This document shows positions 1-13,189 of a stretch of DNA of 64,000 nt, one piece after another. The stretch's first letter is position 1, and each line of letters starts with the position of its first letter. The notes under the pieces are model-generated. The model had not been told where the DNA came from, made no database searches, and worked only from the letters and a program-made list of their open reading frames with translations. Source of the stretch: Mobula hypostoma (lineage: Eukaryota); NCBI RefSeq assembly GCF_963921235.1, contig NC_086108.1, positions 18,972,001-19,036,000 on the forward strand, read 5' to 3'. A program made the translations under genes and the position numbers.

Positions 1-600
1 TCCTTAGTACCTGGCACATTTTAGGATTGGGCTCACAGGATCAAGGAGCCTGCTGGCATTCTCAGCCAAGCAGACACTTTGGTGGTGAAGGGCCCAGGCA
101 CCCCAAAGGAGAGAGAAGAGAAAGCCAGTGTCACTTCACCCTGGGATCACAGGGTAACCGACCAACAACAGTCAATGATCTCTGGAGTTCAGAAACATGC
201 AGAGCTAAAGGAATGCAATCCCACGTGAAGTGCTCTCTGAAGTTCTATGTCATTGCATGGATGGAGTGCTTCACAGTCGTTTACCATTCGGATTAAGGGC
301 CTCTTGAGCAGATTACACCAACATTGAGGGGCTTTAAAGTGGGGTTAGTACACAGAGACAGCCAGGCTCCAGTCGCCTGTTCTCACTCTCAGTTGTCATG
401 GACACTCTTGAGTACTTTGGTAATTGCAACTCCCAGGAGGTCTCTACAAACTTCAATCAGTTCCAGTCCTTGCACTCAGCAGTGTGGAAGAGTGGGAAGA
501 TTGCACGATTCAGAGCCAATTAACCTATTCTCAAAGCTGCTTCTGTTACATAGAGACCACTATTTGCAGCACCTGACTTTCTGGGTGTGTGCCCACCAGC

Positions 601-1115
601 TGTACTCTGTCCCTGTTCTGAGAGTGTGTGACCAGATACTAGTGTAGAGGGAGCTTTACTGTGTGTCTATCCCTGCCCTGTAAATGTGTGATAGGACAGG
701 AAGTTTACTCTGTATCTAATCTGTAGAGGGAGCTTCTGTCCTTCACTGGGAGTGTGTGATGGGACAGTGTAGAGGGCTTTTTACTCTGTATCTAACCACT
801 TTGTCTCTCCCTACCCCAGAAGTGTTGATGGAACAGTGTAGAAGGAGTTTTACTGTGTCTAATCCCTCTGTACCTGCACTGTGAGTGTGTGATGGGACAG
901 TTCAGGCAGGGATTGTCAACCTTTTTTATGCCATGGACTGATACCATTAAGCAAAGGGTCCATGGACTCCAGGTTGGGAACCCTTGGGAGGTTCTGCGTC
1001 TAACCACTCTGTCTCTGCCCTGGAAGTGTTTGATGGGACAGTGTAAAGGGATCTTTACTCTGTATCTAACCCATCTGTCCCTACCCTGGAGATTATTGGA
1101 GGGGACTTTATGGAG
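601..1115. repeat. Degenerate minisatellite, ~65-70 bp unit (GTGTGATGGGACAGTGTAGAGGGAGCTTTACTCTGTATCTAACC...)
   Basis: Core GATGGGACAGTGTAGAGG / TTTACTCTGTATCTAA recurs near 645, 705, 758, 827, 891 and 1032; interrupted by a MITE at 907-986. Confidence 0.85.
907..986. mobile_element. ~80-bp hAT-type MITE
   Basis: Imperfect TIRs CAGGGATTGTCAACC / GGTTGGGAACCCTTG; related copies at 1516-1568 and 29263-29342; no clean TSD. Confidence 0.7.
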
Positions 1116-1515
1116 AAGTTAGCGCAGGATGCACATTCTCTGGGAGCCCTCGGCATTGAAATCAGATGACTGAAATGAAAAATGTTCGGTTGCAAGATTT
1201 ATGTTATACAGCAATAATTTATCGCTGTAAATTATGCAGTTGATCAAGCATTTTATTTCACCCACTTGTGAAAATAGGGGCAGTTCGACCAAGCCATGGC
1301 ATTTGGAAAAATCAAACAGAAGTTTTATTCCTTTCATTTGCTGCCAGTATTAGGTGTAACCGTGGAAACCATCTTCCACTGGAGACTGGTAGGCATTTTG
1401 GATCAGCCACACAGTAAAACTCTCAGTGAGGGAGGTCAAACACCAACTTACTGCTTGTCGCAGTGCTACCAAACACTGCAGTCAGAGGAGGCCTGATTCA
1501 ATTCTCCCATTACCT

Positions 1516-1568
1516 CAGAGGTCCTTTTTATGCCAAGGGGTCCGTGGACCCCACGTTGGGAACCCCTG
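1516..1568. mobile_element. Internally deleted copy of the 80-bp hAT-type MITE
   Basis: TTTTTATGCCA...GGGGTCCGTGGACCCC...GTTGGGAACCCCTG matches 907-986. Confidence 0.65.
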
Positions 1569-1984
1569 TCTTCACTGGTTTCAGGAAGGCTAACAGTAAG
1601 TTAGCCAGCCTGTAAGTCTGTGCATATTTGAAGTGTTTTCCAATCCTGTTGTAATACAAGACCCTTTCACTCTTACACCAGAAAATGTTTACTAAACATT
1701 AAATGAAACTATTAACTATTCCAATATCACTCACGAAGCCAGGTGAACGCTTGGTGCCCCACCTCTTCCTAATCTGAAGTGTAAAGGGTGCTACATGTGG
1801 TATGATAAGACTAATAATGCCTACTGTCCAAAGGGCAGATGGTTGATTGATGTTAAAAATGAAGTTGAGGTGAGATGTTGCTGCCTGTGGTACGCTTGGT
1901 AATGTGGGCAGAACACCTGATTTAAAGAACATAGGTAGGTATGTAATAAAAGAGAAATTATCCCTGTTTACATATTGCCTTTTC

Positions 1985-2290
1985 ATACATCACAGCTCCA
2001 TTGCCCCAAGTTCAATCCTGACCTTATTTTATATGACTGAATTTGCATATTCTCCCCGTGGCTGCATGGAATTTTCCTTAAGTGCTCCAGTTTTCTTCCA
2101 CGTCCTAGAGATCTGTCAGTTGGTAGGTTAACTGGCCACTGTAAATTCCCCCTGGTGTAAGCAGGTGGTAAAAGAATCAAAGGGGAACAGGTAAGCACGT
2201 TGTAGGGACACTGGGAAAATGGGAGGTAAACGTATGAGATGTTCTGGTGGAAGCTGGCTTGGACACAATATGGCCTCCTTGTACATCAGG
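1985..2290 (+). mobile_element. tRNA-derived SINE (V-SINE/HE1-like), decayed
   Basis: B-box-like GTTCAATCC followed by the V-domain-like TTTGCATATTCTCCCCGTG...GTGCTCCAGTTTTCTTCCAC...GGTTAACTGGCCACTGTAAATT; antisense relatives at ~18610-18795, ~23560-23705 and ~63700-63850. Confidence 0.65.
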
Positions 2291-2625
2291 AACAACACTC
2301 ACTCACAATCTGTCCTCTCCCCTTCTCACTGAGCTGAAGATACAAAAGCCTGAAAGCATGTACCACCAGGCTCAAGGACAGCTTCTATCCCAATGTTATA
2401 AGAATATTGAACAAATCCTTAGTAGAATAAAATGGACTCCTGACCTTACAATGTACCCTGTTATGATCCTGCACCTGGCACAGCACCTTCTCTGTAGCTT
2501 TATTCTGCATTCTGTTACTGTTTTCCCTCAATGCACTGTGTAATGATTTGGTCTGTATAACCATTATGTAAGACAATTTTTCAATGTACACCAATATATA
2601 TGACAATAATAAACCAATTTCAATT
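2290..2625 (+). mobile_element. 3' end of Rex1/Babar-type LINE (relic)
   Basis: ACCACCAGGCTCAAGGACAGCTTCTATCCC resembles the ORF end at 38920-38960; ends ACAATAATAAACCAATT. Confidence 0.5.
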
Positions 2626-2827
2626 CCTAAAGTATTATTCAGATTAAATGCTGCTGTCCCAAAGTTGACTGCCCCAGGGGTATGAGTCTCCCAACTTGGA
2701 CTATTTTCTCCAGAGCCTGAGAGACTGAAGGAGCACTTGAGAGGACTCTATAAGATTATGAGAGGCATAGATAGGGAAGAAAATTTGAATCAAGTACTCA
2801 ATATCAATACTCAAGGAGGGTGAGAGG

Positions 2828-3244
2828 GAGAAAGTTACAAGGAGATGATGAGAGGCATTGATCGTGTGGATAGTCAGAGGCTTTTCCCAGGGCTGAAATG
2901 GCTGCCACAAGAGGGCACAGGTTTAAGGTACACACATCAAAGTTGCTTGAATTTCCAGCATCTGCAGAATTCCTCGTGTTTACAGGTTTAAGGTGTTTGG
3001 GAGGAGGTACAGAGGAGATGTCAGGGGTAAGTTTTTTACGCAGAGAATGGTGAGTGCATGGAATGGGCTGCCGGCAACGGTGGTGGAGGCGGAAACGATA
3101 GGGTCTTTTAAGAGACTCCTGGATAGAGCTTAGAAAAATAGAGGGCTATGGGTAACCCTAGTAATTTCGAAGGTAGGGACATGTTCAGCTCAACTTTGTG
3201 GGCCGAAGGACCTGTATCGTGCTGTAAGTTTTCTATGTTTCTAT
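2828..3244 (+). mobile_element. CR1 LINE 3' fragment nested in an older CR1 3' fragment (~2740-3510)
   Basis: RT C-terminal RGH...F(T)QR...W pattern and TTCTATGTTTCTAT tail; near-identical to 44230-44570. Confidence 0.85.
2930..2981. mobile_element. 52-bp Penelope-like micro-insertion with internal inversion
   Basis: 13-bp TSD ACAGGTTTAAGGT (2917-2929 and 2982-2994); contains ACACACATCAAAGTTG fused to the reverse-oriented PLE terminus ...GAATTCCTCGTGTTT. Confidence 0.85.
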
Positions 3245-3559
3245 GAGATATGTGGGGTTGGTTTTATACAGAGAGGTGGATGTCTGGAAGGTGCCATGAG
3301 GGGCAGTGGTAGAAGCAGTTGTGGATGTGGCATTTAAGAGGCTGTTAGTATGACAGATGAACATGCAGAGAATGGGGATCGGGGTGGTGGAGAGACATAG
3401 ATCAGGCACTGTTCATGCAGAAAAGACTTACTTTAATTTGTTATCATGTTCAGTGCCCACATTGTGGGCTAAAGGACATGTTCCTGTGCGATGTTCTACG
3501 TTCTATGTAACTAAGCCCTGTTCACAATATCTATCACCAAAAACATGACTTTGTGAAAA

Positions 3560-3990
3560 AAGAACCTGTATTTGTAGGACACTTTTCAGCATCTCAGAAA
3601 ATAGATCGTAGCCATTAAATTAGTAACTGCATGGCAACCAACTTGCCCATGCTGGCAACAAGACAGTAAGCAGAAAAAGCACAGTAGCAATGAATGATCA
3701 AGAAAGTATATTGGAAAGCACAAAAAGAAATTCCTTCAGTTACCTTCAACTGATTGAATCCACAGGTCATCATTAATGGTCTGTGTGGACTCATTGAATC
3801 AAAGGGCCTGTTTCTGTGCTGTAGCTCTTTATGACTCAATGATACCTCATCGAAAACAGCACTGTTGACACTGCCGCACTCTGGTATCACTGCACTAGTT
3901 GTTCATATTGATTAAATGTCCCAAATATAGGGTGGGATTTGAAGCTGCAATCTTCTATCTCACAGACAACAGCACAGCTATACCAGTTAC
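3560..3990 (-). mobile_element. Ancient tRNA-derived SINE remnant (DeuSINE-like)
   Basis: Reverse B-box GGGATTTGAAGC near 3935 and a CACTGCACTAG motif recalled from the Deu domain; highly diverged. Confidence 0.35.
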
Positions 3991-4509
3991 CAGTTCCAGC
4001 CCTCCAAGAAGGCCCAAGAGTATTAAACCACTTGCATAACCTGTTTATCCATAGGACGCGCGCCCCCCCGCCCAACCCTCCAAGAGCTATCTATTAAGAT
4101 GCCTTTGCCTGTGGGTTATATTGATTCAGACTGGTCCTCTTAAGACAGGCTTCTCCCTACCCCTATGCCACAACCCACCAAGCAGCTTATCATCCACCCT
4201 AGACTCTGACCTTGCCTCAACCACCAATTTGTCAACTACTCCTGCCTACAACAGCTTGATTCCAAATCCAAGCCTCTGACAACCATTTAGCTGTCAAACT
4301 TAGGGGCTTTCAGACATATATTAAATTAAAAGTAATTTAATATGAATTCTTTGTGTTGGCAATACTGGGAAAAGTGCATATGACAATCTTGACAAAATGG
4401 GTCCGGACAAATGATCCATCAGAACATTATCTGTAAAAGACTGAAGTCTCCAGTATTAGACTGCCATCATGCATGTATCATCGGCTGTTTCAGAAGTGCA
4501 TATATTTCA

Positions 4510-4868
4510 CGACTGCAAGGCCTCTTCCAGGGATGCCTACAATGAAGAAGATGAAATCTTCTCTTCAATGGGAGTTTAGTGAAACCCTCCCTCACTGCTC
4601 CCTATCTGTAATTTCTTCGGCCCTTCAACTTTTCGACCACACGCTCACCCAGACCCGCTACTAAAGCCATATATCATTATTTCGGGTCTCCCCCTCCCCG
4701 TCCCTCTGACTATCGCTTTTTTCTGTTAGTCCTGACGAAGGGTCTCGACCCGAAACGTCGACTGTACTTCTTCCCAAAAAATGCTGCCTGGCCTGCTGCG
4801 TTCCACCAGCACTTTGTGTGTGTTGCTTGAATTCCCAGCATCTGCAGATTTTCTCATGTTTGTGTTTT
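4510..4868 (+). mobile_element. Penelope-like element fragment (pLTR with hammerhead; possible ORF N-terminal remnant upstream)
   Basis: 4720-4861 matches the termini of the GIY-YIG-containing insertions at 24838 and 45431; left boundary uncertain. Confidence 0.75.
4728..4763 (+). ncRNA. Minimal type I hammerhead ribozyme (motif intact)
   Basis: AGUC-CUGACGA-A-GGGU(CUCG)ACCC-GAAAC-GUC-GACU: stem I AGUC/GACU, core CUGANGA and GAAA, 4-bp stem II, palindromic ACGU stem III, GUC cleavage triplet. Confidence 0.85.
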
Positions 4869-5145
4869 TGGAGCCAGTTTTGCTCATGAGAACAGTCAGA
4901 AGAATGGGAGTGAATTGGTAGCACATGGGAAATTGAAAATTTGGCTCACCTGGAGCTTGCTAGTTAGCCATTAAGTAACAGCAGTACTTATGGTTGGCAA
5001 AAGGATCTTCACTAGTCTACAGGCAAAACAGATTCTATCAACAGCCACTTGTTTTCAGTAAGAGCCTAACAACCAGTCACCTAATTTCCAATACCATACA
5101 CTGTTATTGAATGATGATGACCCTGACCCAACAGTCTACCATTTA

Positions 5146-8100
5146 TAGAACATAGAACATAGAATCATACAGCACAGTACAGGCCCTTCGGCCCACAATG
5201 TTGTGCCGACCCTCAAACCCTGCCTCCCATATAAGCCCCCAACTTAAATTCCTCCATATACCTGTCTAGTAGTCTCTTAAACTTCACGAGTATATCTGCC
5301 TCCACCACTGACTCAGGCAGTGCATTCCACACACCAACCACTCTCTCAGTAAAAAACCTCCCTCTAATATCCCCCTTGAACTTCCCACCCCTTACCTTAA
5401 AGCCATGTCCTCTTGTATTGAGCAGTGGTGGCCTGGGGAAGAGGCGCTGGCTATCCACTCTATCTATTTCTCTTATTATCTTGTACACCTCTATCATGTC
5501 TCCTCTCATCCTTCTTCTCTCCAAAGAGTAAAGCGCTAGCTCCCTTAATCTCTGATCGTACTGCATACTTTCTAAACCAGGCAGCATCCTGGTAAATGTC
5601 CTCTGTACCCTTTCCAATGCTTCCCACATCCTTCCTATAGTGAGGTGACCAGAACTGGACACAGTACTCCAAGTGTGGCCTAACCAGAGTTTTATAGAGC
5701 TGCATCATTACATCGCGACTCTTAAACTCTATCCCTCGACTTATGAAAGCTTTCATAAGCTTTCTTAACTACCCTATCTACCTGTGAGGCAGCTTTCAGA
5801 GATCTGTGGACATGTACCCCCAGATCCCTCTGCTCCTCCACACTACCAAGTATCCTGCCATTTACTTTGTACTCTTCCTTGGAGTTTGTCCTTCCAAAGT
5901 GTACCACCTCACACTTCTCTGGGTTGAACTCCATCTGCCACTTCTCAGCCCACTCCTGCATCCTATCAATGTCTCTCTGCAATCTTTGACAATCTTCTAG
6001 ACTATCTACAACACCACCAACCTTTGTGTCGTTTGCAAACTTGCCAACCCACCCTTCTACCCCCACATCCAGGTCGTTAATAAAAATCACGAAAAGTAGA
6101 GGTCCCAGAACAGATCTTTGTGGAATACCACTAGTCACAATCCTCCAATCTGAATGTACTCACTCCACCACCACCCTCTGCCTTCTGCAGGCAAGCCAAT
6201 TCTGAATCCACCTGGCCAAACTTCCCTGGATCCCATGCCTTCTATCTTTCTGAATAAGCCTACCGTGTGGAACCTTGTCAAATGCCTTACTAAAATCCAT
6301 ATAGATCACATCCACTACACTACCCTCATCTATATGCCTGGTCACCTCCTCAAAGAACTCTATCAGGCTTGTTAGACACAATCTGCCCTTCACAAAGCCA
6401 TACTGACTGTCCCTGATCAGACCATGATTCTCTAAATGCCTATAGGTCCTATCTCTAAGAATCTTTTCCAACAGTTTTCCCACCACATTATAGACCATCA
6501 CTGGTCTATAATTACATGGACTATCCCTACTACCTTTTTTGAACAAGGGGACAACATTCGCCTCCCTCCAATCCTCCAGTACCATTCCCGTGGACAACGA
6601 GGATATAAAGATCCTAGCCAGAGGCTCAGCAATCTCTTCTCTCGCCTCGTGGAGCAGCCTGGGGAATATTCCGTCAGGTCCCGGGGACTTATCTGTCCGA
6701 ATGTATTTTAACAACTCCAACACCTCCTCTCCCTTAATATCAACATGCTCCAGAACATCAACCTCACTTATTGTCCTCACCATCATCAAGTTCCCTCTCG
6801 TTGGTGAATACTGAAGAGAAGTATTCATTGAGGACCTCGCTCACTTCCACAGCCTCCAGGCACATCTTCCCACTTTTATCTCTAATCAGTCCTACCTTCA
6901 CTCCTGTCATCCTTTTTTTCTTAACATAATTGAAGAATGCCTTGGGGTTTTCCTTTACCCTACTCACCAAGGCCTTCTCATGTCCCCCGCTTGCTCTTCT
7001 CAGCCCCTTCTTAAGCTCCTTTCTTGCTTCCCTATATTCCTTAATAGACCCATCTGATCCTTGCTTCCTAATCCTCATGTATGCTGCCTTCTTCCACCTG
7101 ACTAGATTTTCCACCTCATTTGTCACCCATGGTTCCTTCACCCTACCATTTTTTATCTTCCTCACCAGGACAAATTTATCCCTAACATCCCAAAAGAGAT
7201 CTCTAAACATCAACCACATGTCCATAGTACATTTCCCTGCAAAAACATCATCCCAATTCACCCCCGCAAGTTCTAGCCTTATAGCCTCATAATTTGCCTT
7301 TCCCCAATTAAAAATTTTTCTGTCCTCTCTGATTCTATCCTTTTCCATGATAATGCTAAAGACCAGGGAGCGGTGGTCACTGTCCCCCAGATGCTCACCC
7401 ACTGAGAGATCTGCGACCTGACCCGGTTCATTACCTAGTACTAGATCTAGCATGGCATTCCCCCTGGTCGGCCTGTCCACATAATGTGACAGGAATCCAT
7501 CCTGGACACACTTAACAAACTCTGCCCCATCTAAACCCTTGGAACTAATCAGGTGCCAATCAATATTAGGGAAGTTAAAGTCACCCATGATAACAACCCT
7601 GTTATTTTTGCACCTTTCCAAAATCTGCCTCCCAATCTGCTCCTCTGTATCTCTGCTGCTACCAGGGGGCCTATAGAATAGCCCCAATAGAGTAACTGCT
7701 CCCTTCCTGTTCCTGACTTCCACCCATATTGACTCAAAAGAGGATCCTGCTACATTACCCACCCTTTCTGTAGCTGTAATAGTATCCCTGACCAGTAATG
7801 CCACCCCTCCTCCCCTTTTTCCACCCTCTCTATCCCTCTTAAAACACTGAAATCCAGGAATATTGAGAATCCATTCCTGCCCTGGTGCCAGCCAAGTCTC
7901 TGTAATGGCCACTACATCATAATTCCATGTATGTGTCCAAGCTCTGAGTTCATCACCTTTGTTCCTGATGCTTCTTGCATTGAGGTACACACATTTCAGC
8001 CCTTCTACCTTACTGTCTTTACTCCGTTTATTCTGCTTCTCTTTCCTCAAAGCCTCTCTATATGTTAGATCTGGCTTTACTCCATGCACTTCTTTCACTG

Positions 8101-8260
8101 CTCTATCGCTCTGGGTCCCCTCCCCCTCGCAAATTAGTTTAAACCCTCCCGAACCATGATAGCAAACCTACCTGCAAGGATATTCTGGTTGCTTTCCCTC
8201 TCGTACCAGGACGTCGTGCACCCAGTCAGAGACATCCCGGAGCCTGGCACCTGGGAGGCC
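5146..8260 (-). mobile_element. 5'-truncated CR1 LINE; ORF2 (APE endonuclease + RT) broken by frameshifts, plus a short deleted ORF1 remnant
   Basis: ORFs 6764-8098 (NARS, ITETW, GDFN, SDH), 6160-6828 (KSPGPDG, DFSKAFD), 5722-6138 (KFANDT), 5213-5756; (CTATGTT)n tail at 5146-5165; LPGARLRDVSD esterase remnant at 8190-8260. Confidence 0.95.
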
Positions 8261-9229
8261 AGTGGGTTGGAGTGTTTTGCCCAATTACTGCTTTACTTTC
8301 CCAACTCAGTGCAGCATACAGAAACTCAGCTCTGCTGCCTAATATATTAACTTCCCATGTTCCTGCACCATTTTCACTCCACACTTGTCCATGTCTCTGA
8401 TGGTTTTGTCGGGCCACGTTTGTTGTAACATTCCAAGGCTGGTTACAGGAATATCTTCCGTATGCCCAAGGCCCAAAAGTAGTTTCAACACATAATTAAA
8501 GATTATAATTCCTGACTTCTCGACTCGACACACGCTGCCTACCCCTCCCCCCTACTTGTTGTTTCATTCCATCCCAGTGCAAGTTGCTTCATTATCCCAC
8601 CACTTGAGGAGCTGCACACTGAATAATGTACAGCCCAAGGCTTTATGTCAAGGGACTCGTTGCTCAGTGTTACAATACTGAATTCCTGATCAATATCGAT
8701 TTTTGTTTACTTAATTTTTGTAAAGTCTGGTGTCTGGGCAGCTCAAAGAATGTTTCTATTCTGGGATTCTCTTTCACTTTGACCTCAATCAATAGGCTGA
8801 AAGCAGGCTGATTTTATAATGAGATGGATTGTGAAGGTCAATGTGATGCCCTCTACAACCTAATCACAAACACATGTCATTTTTTTTCCCCATCTTACAC
8901 CCGGTTGTAATTATTAAAACATCCTATTTTAAATGGTTGTTTAAAGTGAAAACTCACCAGGCTGAGAAGCAATAGTTAAAAGGAGTGGCTGGATGTACCA
9001 CTACAAGACATTTTGTTTATAGTCCCTTGATGGAGTTTGAAGAAAAGGCAGAAGTGCTATTCATTGTAATCTGAATTTGGAGAACTAAATCTATTCATAG
9101 TATTGAACTCTGTGGAAACGGCCTTCCATTCTTGCAAATGTAACCACATTCTGAAAGTACAGTATTTTGTGAAACACATGGGAGCTCATGAAAGGTGGTG
9201 AGAAGTTGAGATCTTTGCATCACATGTAT

Positions 9230-9960
9230 AAAGTGGGGATGCTGGCTGATGGTTGCACAACATTCAATTCCATTTATAACTCCTCACCATATTCAAGTAT
9301 GGATTGATCAGTAAAAGGCAGAATCAGACCTCTAATGACCAGCTCCAACAAGACAGAGTCACCTACCCTTGATATTTAATGGTATTGCCATCGCTGATTC
9401 CCCCACCACCAATATTCTTGGGGTCACCATCACCAGCAACTCAACTGGAACAGCCACAAAAGCAAAGTGGCTGCAAAGAGCAGGGTAACCCCACCATGAG
9501 TGACTCACTTCCCAAGACCTTTCCACTATCTACAAGGTACCTGTCAGTAGTGTGACAGAACACTCCCCACTTCCTTGATGGAGTGCAGCTCCAGTAAGTC
9601 TCAGGAAGCTTGATACCATTCAGGACAAGGCAAGCTATTTGATTGGCACCCTGTTCATGACATAAAACATTCACCTGCTCCACTGTCAGTGCCCAGTGGC
9701 TGCAGTATGGACTGTCCACAAAATACATCACAGCAAATCTCCTGTAGCTTTCTTCAACAGATCAGAACAGAGAAGGACAGGGCTAAACAGGAGCTCCATA
9801 CCTACAAGACCTTCTGCAAGTAGAACTCATACCTGACATGGAAATATATCGCTTTTCTTTCAGTGTCACTGGGTCTAACCGCTTACCCCAGCCCTGCTCA
9901 ACAGTACCACAGAACTACCTTCATCATCAGGAATACAGCAGTTGAAGAAGGGCGCTCAGC
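9230..9960 (+). mobile_element. Ancient CR1/L2-group LINE 3' relic
   Basis: Decayed RT C-terminal peptides readable across frames (NILGVTI, KLDTIQDKA). Confidence 0.55.
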
Positions 9961-10402
9961 AATAAAGAGGGAAACAATTAAGATGTTCAAAAGACCTTTG
10001 GACGGGTAGAAAAAGGACATTGGTCAAATGTAGGCAAATGGGACTAGCTCATATAGACAACTTGATTTGCATGGGTGTTGTCATGGTGAGTGCTAACAAT
10101 GATGGAACCCAGTGACAGAGGAAAGACAGATTCCCATGGCAACCAGAATTTATACATTGGAGCACCAATAGAGTATCAGTGGCTCCACCAAACAACACCA
10201 TGAGACAAAACATTCTCAAAACTAGGATCCCGTGATAAGCACTAAGCATCTGCTTAAATATTATAACATATGGAATCCCTGAGACTATCAAAATAAACTT
10301 AACAAAGTTAAACAATTAATGACTCTCATTAAACAACAATTAACCAATATATTTGCTCAAGAAACCTTGGAATCCAATGCTCTCTAGCTCCCCGCACAGG
10401 TC

Positions 10403-11364
10403 TATATCAATGATCTAGATGATGATGTGGTAAATTGGATCAGCAAGTTTGCTGATGACACTAAGATTGGAGGCGTTGTGGACAGCGAGGAAGGCTTTCA
10501 AAGCTTGCAGAGGGATCTGGACCAACTGGAAAAATGGGCCAGAAAATGGCAGATGGAATTTAATGCAGACAAGTGTGAGGTGTTGCATTTTGGAAGGACA
10601 AATCAAGGTAGAATATACACAGTAAATGGTAGGGCACTGAGGAGTGCGGAGGAACAAAGGGATCTGGGAGTTCAGATACATAATTCCCTGAAAGTGGCAT
10701 CACAGGTAGACAGGGTTGTAAAGGTGGCTTTTGGCATCCTGACATTCATAAATCAAAGTACTGAGTATAGGAGTTGGGATGTTATGGTGAGGTTGTATAA
10801 GACATTGGTGAGGCCAAATTTGGAGTATTGTGTGCAGTTCTGGTCACCTATCTATAGGAAGTATATCAGTAAAACTGAAAGAGTGCAGAGAAGATTTACT
10901 AGGATGTTGCCGGGTCTTCAGGAGTTGAGTTACAGGGAAAGATTGAACAGGTTAGGACTTTATTCCTTGGAGTGTAGAAGAATGAGGGGGGATTTGATAG
11001 AGGTTTACGAAATTATGAGGGGTATAGACAGATTAAATGCGAGTAGGCTCTTTCTACTTAGATTAGGAGAGATAAGTATGAGAGGACATGGCTTTAGGGT
11101 GAAAGGGGAAAGGTTTAGGGGGAACATTAGGGGGAACTTCTTCCCTCAGAGAGTGGTGGGAGTGTGGAATGAGCTGCCAACTAGCATGGTAAATGTGGGC
11201 TCACTCTTAAGTTTTAAGAATAAATTGAATAGATACATGGATGGGAGAGGTCTGGAGGGTTACGGACTGGGAGCATGTCAATGGGACTAGCGGAATAAAG
11301 TTTCAGCACAGACTAGGAGGGCCGAATGGCCTGTTTTCTGTGCTGTAGTGTTCTATGGTTCTAT
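10403..11364 (+). mobile_element. CR1 LINE 3' fragment with uninterrupted RT C-terminal ORF (10427-11290, 287 aa)
   Basis: KFADDT, RPNLEYCVQFWSP, QRVVGVWN; tail GTTCTATGGTTCTAT; same subfamily group as 33969-38240. Confidence 0.95.
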
Positions 11365-11399
11365 AGAGAGCTCATTAAAGATGTGGGGCCAAAGGGCTG

Positions 11400-12780
11400 T
11401 TTCAAGTTCAAGTTTATTGTTATCTCACGGTACATATATACAACCAAATGAAATAAAGTTCCTCCGAACCATGGTGCATTCACAAAACATATATCACACA
11501 CAGCAAATAAAAAAATCTTACCACAACTAAGTTAATGAAATATAATTCAAAATGCATGTAGTGCACAGCTCAAGTAAACAGTAAGCACTAAACAGCTCGA
11601 CCTCGATGCTGCAGGATATTCACTAATTCTCAAAGCCTGGAGGAAGAATGTTACAGGTCTGGCAGTCCCAATCCTGATGCTCCTGTACTTCCTCCTGATG
11701 GTAGTGGGTCAAAGAGATTGTGGGATCAGTGACAGGGATACTCAACAATGCTTCAGACCCTTTGTACACAATGCTCCCAGTAAATGGCACAAATAATGGC
11801 GAGGGAGACGCTGGTCATCTTCTTGGCGGTTTTTACTATGTTCTGTAAGGTCTTAAATCTACTACCTAGCAGCTTCTGTACCACACAATGCTGCAGCCAG
11901 ACAGGATATCCTTGATGGTGATGCCACTGTACCTTCTTGACTAATGAGGAGGTGTTGTGGGTCCAGGTTAGATCGTCCATTATGTGCACATCAAGGAACT
12001 TGGTGCTCTTCACTCTCTCCACGGCACAGCCATTGATGTGCAATGGAGAGTGGTCGACCTGCACCCTCCTGAAGTCCACAATCATCACTCAGGTTGTTGT
12101 TCTCACACCACTTGACAAGCTTCCTCACCTCTTCACCGTATGGCAATTCATCATTGTTGCTAATGAGGTCAACCACTGTTGAATCATCAGTGAACTTGAT
12201 GATGCAGTTTGAACTGGATTTGGTAGTGCAGTCATGAGTCAGCAGCGTGAACAGAAGTGGGTTGAACACACAAATCCCAGGTGAGGGGAAGGGCACCAGC
12301 ACTCAGTGGTATGGAGCTTGAGATGTTACTCCCAACTCAAACTGTGTTTCTGTCAATAAGTCCAAGATCCAGTACAGAGAGCAGTGTTGAGTCCCAATGA
12401 GGGCAGTTTACCCACCGGCCTCTGAGAGATGATCACATGAAACACCGAGCCGAAATCAGTGAGTCATATCTTGGAGTATAATGCACCAGTTTCTAGGTGC
12501 AACAGAACAGGTTGGAGGGCCGAAGCTAAGGCATCATCAGGTTTGAGCAGTGGGCAAACTGGAAAGGGTCCAACATATCTGGAAGGCGGGATTTCATACG
12601 ATCTATTACCAGAAGCAGATGCTCAAAGCATCATGATTGTTGATGTCAGTGCTACGGGATGATAATCATTTAGTTCAGTTACCACACTTTCTTGGGCACT
12701 GGAATGATGGTGGTTACCTTAAAGCCTACAGGGACAGTAACAAAGACTTGTAACAATGTCTGTTAAGGCGTCTTGACGAC
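11400..12780 (-). mobile_element. Rex1/Babar-type LINE relic
   Basis: ORFs 11991-12302 (PLLFTLLTHDC, IIKFTDDSTVV, WCENNNLS) and 11753-12088 (IVDFRR, KFLDVHI..DLTW); reverse tail TTCAAGTTCAAGTTTATT. Confidence 0.8.
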
Positions 12781-13189
12781 ATCTATTTCCAATCTGTCCC
12801 TATGTTGTATGACTCGATGACTCCACAACTCTGTAGGTATGGACAATACATGCTGTCTTTGATGGCACTTACATCCCAAATGAATTTCTGCAAGACCACA
12901 GCAGTGTCTGCTATTCTGATTTGCTCCAAAGAGGGCAATGCAGCTCCTCTTTATGAAACAGTTGTCATAGGCTGTGGTTCCTAGCTTGCTCTATAGGTGG
13001 AGCTCTTGCTGTTCTCTGCTTCTTCCTCCACCTATGGGTGACCTAACGGGGCACATTTAACTTTTCAATCCTTGTCAAAGTACAATTCTTGCCAAAGTAA
13101 AACATTCATTTGGGTGATGAAAGTTTTTCTTTTAGACATATGGATTGATGGAGATGGGAATTAACATTCACTTGATTGAGGAAAAGTTA

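Noticed and set aside
1..647. Host exon (ORFs 27-296, 324-647, or frame 25-228 after TTTTAG)
   Set aside because: No recognisable protein motif; overlapping open frames and no supporting gene structure. Cannot be excluded without RNA data.
601..1115. CRISPR-like array or coding repeats (ORFs 792-1007, 889-1122)
   Set aside because: Degenerate minisatellite with a MITE; the ORFs are chance frames.
1985..2290. tRNA gene
   Set aside because: Only a decayed B-box in a SINE head; no cloverleaf.
12872..13041. Minus-strand coding exon ending at a GTAAGT donor
   Set aside because: Stops in all frames from the best acceptor; the alternative acceptor lacks a pyrimidine tract and the peptide is unrecognisable.
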